This document shows positions 59,653 through 64,000 of a stretch of DNA of 64,000 bases, one piece after another. The DNA lies in IMG/VR virus record IMGVR_UViG_3300032216_001965, positions 11,159 to 75,158 of that record; one strand, given 5' to 3'. Origin of the DNA: a virus (Duplodnaviria; Caudoviricetes). Made by a program: the position numbers and the translations under genes. The number at the start of each line of letters is the position of its first letter. The stretch's first letter is position 1. A model generated the notes under the pieces. It ran no database searches, had not been told where the DNA came from, and saw only the letters and a program-made list of their open reading frames with translations.

Positions 59653-59856
59653 ATGAATGTAACTAAACAAAGATCAGCACTAAAGGCAATCACTTGGCGA
59701 ATAATTGGAACGGCAGATACTTTTGTGTTGTCATACTTTATAACACATAAGGCAATTACTGCTGCATCAATTGCAGGGTTTGAAGTACTAACAAAAACAA
59801 TTCTTTATTACTTCCATGAGCGTGGTTGGAATAGAGTTAAATGGGGAAGAGAATAA
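59653..59856 (+). CDS. DUF2061-like membrane protein
   Basis: RSALKAITWRIIGT...YYFHERGW. Confidence 0.8.
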   Translation: MNVTKQRSALKAITWRIIGTADTFVLSYFITHKAITAASIAGFEVLTKTILYYFHERGWNRVKWGRE

Positions 59857-60098
59857 TGTATACAGATCAAATGAGAAGAGCGTTTCGTTCTATTCGTGCA
59901 CCTAAAAACTTTAATGTTACTTTAGTAGATAATGATAATTTTATTACTGTAAAAGCAAGTGAACCAGATTTTATGAGGTTAACAGTTGAAGACCGAGTTG
60001 CTGCAGTTGAGTATATGATTCGTGTTAAAAACGCTCTTGAGGATAATGGTGCAATAGTTTTACTTGTTAGAGAAGGTGGAAAAGATATACATGCTTAA
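59856..60098 (+). CDS. Hypothetical protein
   Basis: TAATG-coupled ORF. Confidence 0.5.
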   Translation: MYTDQMRRAFRSIRAPKNFNVTLVDNDNFITVKASEPDFMRLTVEDRVAAVEYMIRVKNALEDNGAIVLLVREGGKDIHA

Positions 60099-60489
60099 CT
60101 ATATTGTTTTTGCTATTTTTATTTCTGTTTTTATTTTTACACTATTAAAATCTTTTCAACTTTATATTAAATTAGATAATTTACAAACAAAACTTCTTCA
60201 AGCACATATAGACAAAAATATAATTTTAGAAAAAACAAAAATTGAAAATACAGATTCTTTTTTAAGGTTTGTTGAACAATCAAGACAAGATGCTTTTAAG
60301 TATATAGAGGAAGTGCAAACTGGTTTAAATAAGTTTGTTTCTGATATAGAACCAGAAATTAATTATTTTAAAGAATATAGTGATTTAACTTCAATGTCTC
60401 CAAACTACTATTCCATGAAAAAAATTACTAGTGCCTATGAAGAATTAAAAAAATTACTACCAGAAGAATATGGTAAAATAGATACATGA
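60091..60489 (+). CDS. Membrane-anchored coiled-coil protein
   Basis: N-terminal TM. Confidence 0.5.
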   Translation: MLNYIVFAIFISVFIFTLLKSFQLYIKLDNLQTKLLQAHIDKNIILEKTKIENTDSFLRFVEQSRQDAFKYIEEVQTGLNKFVSDIEPEINYFKEYSDLTSMSPNYYSMKKITSAYEELKKLLPEEYGKIDT

Positions 60490-61079
60490 TTGAAGAACCT
60501 TCAAAAAAAGATACAGTATATCTTAAAAATGTTAAAAAAATAGGAAACTCTATAGAAAATATAAGGGTTACAGAAAATATACTATCTATACAAGAACACA
60601 CAAATCTTCTTGAATATGCAAAAAGTGTTGAATCTTGGAACATTCAGCCATGGGGTGTTAAATTTTTTCTATCACAAAATATGCCAAATGAAATTGTTGA
60701 TAGTTTAGAAAAAGTTTTTAGAATTGCTTCTAATGAATGCATAAGTTTTTATAATGTAAAACTTCACACCTTTGAAAGAAAAGAAGTACATTTAATTAAA
60801 TTTGAAAAAAACTACAAAATGAATGAACATGCAGATACAACGGGTGATATTGCAGCAATATACTATATCAATGACGACTATGGTGGAGGAGAAATAAACT
60901 TTATGGATCATAAAGTAACAATTAAACCAAAAGCCAATAGTTTAATTACATTTCCAAGCAATGAAGATTATTGGCATGAAGTTCTTGAAAATACTGAAAA
61001 TGAACGATACTCCTCTACGCTATGGTTTAAGTTTGAAGGCACTAGCCTACTAAGGCTTCCAAGAGGCTTGATCAGATAA
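60486..61079 (+). CDS. Prolyl-4-hydroxylase-like 2OG-Fe(II) oxygenase
   Basis: HAD...IYYINDDYGGGEINF...TFPS...HEV...RY; TGGTAAAAT 6 nt upstream. Confidence 0.85.
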   Translation: MIEEPSKKDTVYLKNVKKIGNSIENIRVTENILSIQEHTNLLEYAKSVESWNIQPWGVKFFLSQNMPNEIVDSLEKVFRIASNECISFYNVKLHTFERKEVHLIKFEKNYKMNEHADTTGDIAAIYYINDDYGGGEINFMDHKVTIKPKANSLITFPSNEDYWHEVLENTENERYSSTLWFKFEGTSLLRLPRGLIR

Positions 61080-61098
61080 AAGATATAATAGGAAACTA

Positions 61099-61809
61099 AT
61101 GAATATAGAGTTTATTCCAAGAAACAATGATGTATCTCAGATACTTTCTCCACCAAAGCCATCAAAATTTTACATGCCTGATTGGTTTAAAGATATGCCA
61201 CCCACACTTCCAAGTTTTGATACTGGTAAAATGGATGGAACTGCAAAAAAATGTATGCCATTTTTAGATTCGCTGACTTCTGGATATACACAAGAGTTGA
61301 TATGCGATGTAAGCATTAAAAATCACGGAACTGATAAACAAACTGGATACGATATTATTTCTTACAAGTATTCAGGAGATATTAGACCATTATCTACAAG
61401 ACTAGAAAACACAAAATCAAGACATGTATTTCCAAATTTTGAAGGGTATTACGATACAGAGTTTCATTGGGATACACTCTGGGAGCCAAAAACCCCACCA
61501 GGATACAGCACATTTTACTATCACCCAGCAAATAGGTTTGATCTACCATTTCAGACAATGAATGGAATAATAGATACAGATAAATGGTTTATGTCTGGTC
61601 CACTACCATTTTTAATAAAAAAAGGTTTTGAAGGAATCATTCCTGCTGGAACGCCAATATATCAAATGATTTTTATTAAAAGAGATTCTTGGAACTCATC
61701 ATCCATGGAATATGATGAATCATTTAATAAGAAAAAAGAATATTCAGTTCGTAAATTTTTTAAAGATGGATACAAAAAACAACATTGGTCAAGGAAGGAA
61801 TACTCATGA
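61099..61809 (+). CDS. DUF6065-like protein, paralog of 48539
   Basis: KCMPFLDSLTSGY, KTPPGYS, PANRFDLPF, GIIDTD, AGTPIYQMI. Confidence 0.6.
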   Translation: MNIEFIPRNNDVSQILSPPKPSKFYMPDWFKDMPPTLPSFDTGKMDGTAKKCMPFLDSLTSGYTQELICDVSIKNHGTDKQTGYDIISYKYSGDIRPLSTRLENTKSRHVFPNFEGYYDTEFHWDTLWEPKTPPGYSTFYYHPANRFDLPFQTMNGIIDTDKWFMSGPLPFLIKKGFEGIIPAGTPIYQMIFIKRDSWNSSSMEYDESFNKKKEYSVRKFFKDGYKKQHWSRKEYS

Positions 61810-61964
61810 AAGACATAGTACTATCAACACTAACAGGTTTTGGATGCGGAGCAATATTTGCAGCATTCAAATTGCCAGTACCAGCACCACCAGTTTTTGC
61901 AGGACTTGCAGGAATTATTGGTATTTGGCTTGGCGCAACAATACTAACAAACATTATATCCTAG
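61806..61964 (+). CDS. XapX/DUF1427-like membrane protein (52 aa; not in ORF track)
   Basis: LPVPAPPVFAGLAGIIGIWLG. Confidence 0.75.
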   Translation: MKDIVLSTLTGFGCGAIFAAFKLPVPAPPVFAGLAGIIGIWLGATILTNIIS

Positions 61965-61974
61965 GAGGAATAAT

Positions 61975-62250
61975 ATGAATGAACAAACAAAAGCACTACT
62001 AGCATCATACGGACGCTCAGTTCTTGGTGCAGCACTTGCACTATATATGTCTGGGGTAACAGATCCCAAGACACTTGCATACTCACTATTGGCTGCGATT
62101 GCTCCAGTAGCATTGAGAGCACTTAATCCAAACGATACAGCATTTGGTCTTTTGCCAGAAGCATCAGTAGTTGAAACAGCAGTCAAGAAGGCTACAGTCA
62201 AGAAGGCACCTGCAAAGCGTGTTGTTAAAAAAGCATCACCAAAAAAGTAA
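61975..62250 (+). CDS. Holin-like membrane protein
   Basis: SD AGGAGG; two TMs, LRALNPND motif, Lys-rich tail. Confidence 0.6.
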   Translation: MNEQTKALLASYGRSVLGAALALYMSGVTDPKTLAYSLLAAIAPVALRALNPNDTAFGLLPEASVVETAVKKATVKKAPAKRVVKKASPKK

Positions 62251-62260
62251 AAATAAATTA

Positions 62261-62299
62261 AAATAGGCTAGGAGAATAAAACCTCTTAGCCTATTTTTA
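62261..62299. terminator. Probable bidirectional terminator between convergent genes
   Basis: AAATAGGCTAGGAG-loop-CTCTTAGCCTATTTTT, flanked by A and T tracts. Confidence 0.75.
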
Positions 62300-62875
62300 T
62301 GTATTAATTATGCTAGTTGCTTGATTAAAAAGTTCATAACAATGAGATAAGTTTTGTTTTTTTATAATTAAATTTATTTCATTATATATTTGTTGATTTT
62401 TAGATGTTTTTAAAAAATTTACACTTGGATCATCTTTAACAAAATTTTGAAAATTATTTGTTTTTATTTCTAAGTTTAATTTATTAGCAACTGAATATAT
62501 AATATCTTTTGTGTTAAATATTAATTTTTTAAAATCAATAACTATGTCAGAATTTTTTAAAATTATACTATAAAAATTTTCATATTCTTTTATTCTAGTA
62601 TTAATTTTATTTTTAATAAGTAAATCTATATCTTCTTTATATGTTTTTTGTAAATCTTCATAATACGTATACTCCATTGTTATCAATGATGATATAGACT
62701 CTAAGGGATCCCTAATAATTGTTACTATGTTTTCATAATCAAACAATATGTCTTCTTTATCTCCTTCATGTAAATGAGTGTATGGCAACTTTACAAATGT
62801 ATTATGTGCAAATGTAGAAACAAAAAATGTTTTTCCAGATCTTGGGTATGTTGCAACAATGCAGTTTACAGACAT
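62297..62875 (-). CDS. Sulfotransferase-family (P-loop) protein
   Basis: VATYPRSGKTF (5'-PSB loop), IIRDPLESISS (3'-PB). Confidence 0.75.
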   Translation of the reverse strand: MSVNCIVATYPRSGKTFFVSTFAHNTFVKLPYTHLHEGDKEDILFDYENIVTIIRDPLESISSLITMEYTYYEDLQKTYKEDIDLLIKNKINTRIKEYENFYSIILKNSDIVIDFKKLIFNTKDIIYSVANKLNLEIKTNNFQNFVKDDPSVNFLKTSKNQQIYNEINLIIKKQNLSHCYELFNQATSIINT

Positions 62876-63408
62876 ATTTTTTCCAAATCATTATATATAT
62901 CAATACACTCTTTTATTTGTTTGCAATCTTTTAAAATTATCTTTACATCATTGTAAAATTTTAAATTTTTGCTGGAAACTATATATCCATCTGTGTGTCC
63001 ATCTTTCCATATTGGAACATCAATATCATTATTTATTGGTTTTAAATTTAGTTTTTCATACAAAGAACTTAAAGTTTTTTGAGGATCTTCCATAAGTTTT
63101 TTATAAGAAATAAAAACATCTGCTATATTTTTAATATCTTTATAAAACATAATATATTTTAGTAAAGAATAGTTACAAGATTGAAGTATTACCTTTTCAT
63201 TGATTATTTTATTATTTTTATCATTTTTTAAAGTCATAGATACATGAGAAGAAATTGTGTCTATTGGATTTCTTACAGTTGTTATTAAAATATCTGATTT
63301 TTCATTTTTTGCAAAGTGCGTTGTATTTATTTTAACACTTATTTGTTGTAGCAAGTACCCATGCAATAAGTGTTGACCAGTTCTTGGATATGTTGATAAA
63401 AGTATCAT
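62866..63408 (-). CDS. Sulfotransferase-family (P-loop) protein
   Basis: LSTYPRTGQH, VRNPIDTISS, ISYKKL. Confidence 0.72.
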   Translation of the reverse strand: MILLSTYPRTGQHLLHGYLLQQISVKINTTHFAKNEKSDILITTVRNPIDTISSHVSMTLKNDKNNKIINEKVILQSCNYSLLKYIMFYKDIKNIADVFISYKKLMEDPQKTLSSLYEKLNLKPINNDIDVPIWKDGHTDGYIVSSKNLKFYNDVKIILKDCKQIKECIDIYNDLEKICL

Positions 63409-63415
63409 ATAATTA

Positions 63416-63424
63416 ATTATATCA
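63416..63424 (-). promoter_or_regulatory. Extended -10 (TGATATAAT) for sulfotransferase pair, leaderless
   Basis: 7 nt upstream of ATG 63408 on minus strand. Confidence 0.55.
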
Positions 63425-63446
63425 CCTGCTACAATTTATTAATTTA

Positions 63447-63455
63447 TGATACAAT
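63447..63455 (+). promoter_or_regulatory. Extended -10 (TGATACAAT) for hsp20
   Basis: Predicts TSS near 63462, the base of the first leader hairpin. Confidence 0.55.
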
Positions 63456-63461
63456 ATACAT

Positions 63462-63515
63462 ACCTGCCCATATGGGGGGTAAACTAACTTATTCGCTTGA
63501 AAGGGGAATAATATG
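63462..63515 (+). promoter_or_regulatory. ROSE-like RNA thermometer in hsp20 leader
   Basis: SD-sequestering hairpin UUAUUC-(G)-CUU-GAAA-GGGGAAUAA with UCGCU motif and bulged G. Confidence 0.6.
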
Positions 63516-63917
63516 ATGAAAACAGCACTGGATCTTTTTAATGATCCATTTTTTAACACCTTCTCAAATCTTCAGAAGGTAACAACAACAACAAACTATC
63601 CACCTTATAATCAAATCAAACTGAATGATACAGAATATATTCTTTCATTTGCTTTGGCTGGGTTTTCTAAAGATGATGTTTCAGTATCGCTAGACAATCG
63701 CAAACTTACAATCAAGGGCGAGAAGCATGATACTGAATTGCCACAGGGTGCAGAGTATCTACATAAGGGAATTGCTGCTCGCAAATTCACAGATATCTTT
63801 ACTCTTCCTGAGTTTGTAGAAGTTGTTGGGGCTGAATTCAAGGATGGTATCCTAGATATCAGACTTGAGAAGCAGATCCCAGAAGATAAATTACCAAAGA
63901 CTATTGAAATTCAGTAG
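63513..63917 (+). CDS. Small heat shock protein (Hsp20/IbpA-like)
   Basis: YPPYN, ALAGFSK, YLHKGIAARKF, GAEFKDGIL.I.L. Confidence 0.93.
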   Translation: MMKTALDLFNDPFFNTFSNLQKVTTTTNYPPYNQIKLNDTEYILSFALAGFSKDDVSVSLDNRKLTIKGEKHDTELPQGAEYLHKGIAARKFTDIFTLPEFVEVVGAEFKDGILDIRLEKQIPEDKLPKTIEIQ

Positions 63918-63927
63918 TACAATATAT

Positions 63928-64000
63928 ATCTGCACCTCGTCACTGAGGTGTCGCAGATTTTGTCGGGGGTGACAGCGACATTAAATAACTGGTATAGTCC
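63928..64000 (+). ncRNA. Candidate structured RNA (two hairpins, kissing loops), truncated by window edge
   Basis: TACAAT at 63918-23; paired stems and complementary loops; family not recognised. Confidence 0.3.

Noticed and set aside
63409-63512. HspR (HAIR) or CIRCE operator upstream of hsp20
   Set aside because: No CTTGAGT-N7-ACTCAAG or TTAGCACTC-N9-GAGTGCTAA pattern present
1-64000. Stop-codon recoding
   Set aside because: Core genes are intact under the standard code, and TAA, TAG and TGA all end genes with tight coupling
63961-64000. Pistol ribozyme resemblance (5-bp stem followed by UUAAAUA)
   Set aside because: Loop length and pseudoknot partner do not fit the pistol consensus in the visible sequence; cannot be assigned

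Overview
This 64 kb window is part of a large, AT-rich, lytic-style tailed dsDNA phage genome (siphovirus-like). WhiB, an FmdB-type zinc ribbon, actinobacterial-type holins and leaderless-looking promoters suggest an actinobacterial host, plausibly freshwater; host assignment is inference. Nearly all genes are on the + strand. Layout: (1) 1-28.1 kb virion morphogenesis: portal, protease/scaffold, major capsid, neck, major tail, two paralogous tail chaperones, a 2791-aa tape measure, and tail-tip proteins. (2) 28.1-40 kb replication/recombination: DnaB, DnaG, SSB, DnaE, RecA, Cas4-like nuclease, Hjc-like resolvase and RuvC. (3) 40.4-42.7 kb terminase. (4) 42.7-46.6 kb two exported surface-type proteins and small membrane proteins. 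(5) 46.6-63.4 kb accessory region rich in modifying enzymes: 2OG-Fe(II) oxygenases, a GlcNAc-transferase-like gene, carbamoyltransferase, an APS-kinase/nucleotidyltransferase fusion and two sulfotransferases, plus a Thr protease and a CHAP lysin. (6) hsp20 with a ROSE-like RNA-thermometer leader, then a candidate structured RNA cut by the window edge. I saw no tRNA, rRNA, CRISPR array, integrase or intein. All product calls come from motif recognition by eye; no database search was run.
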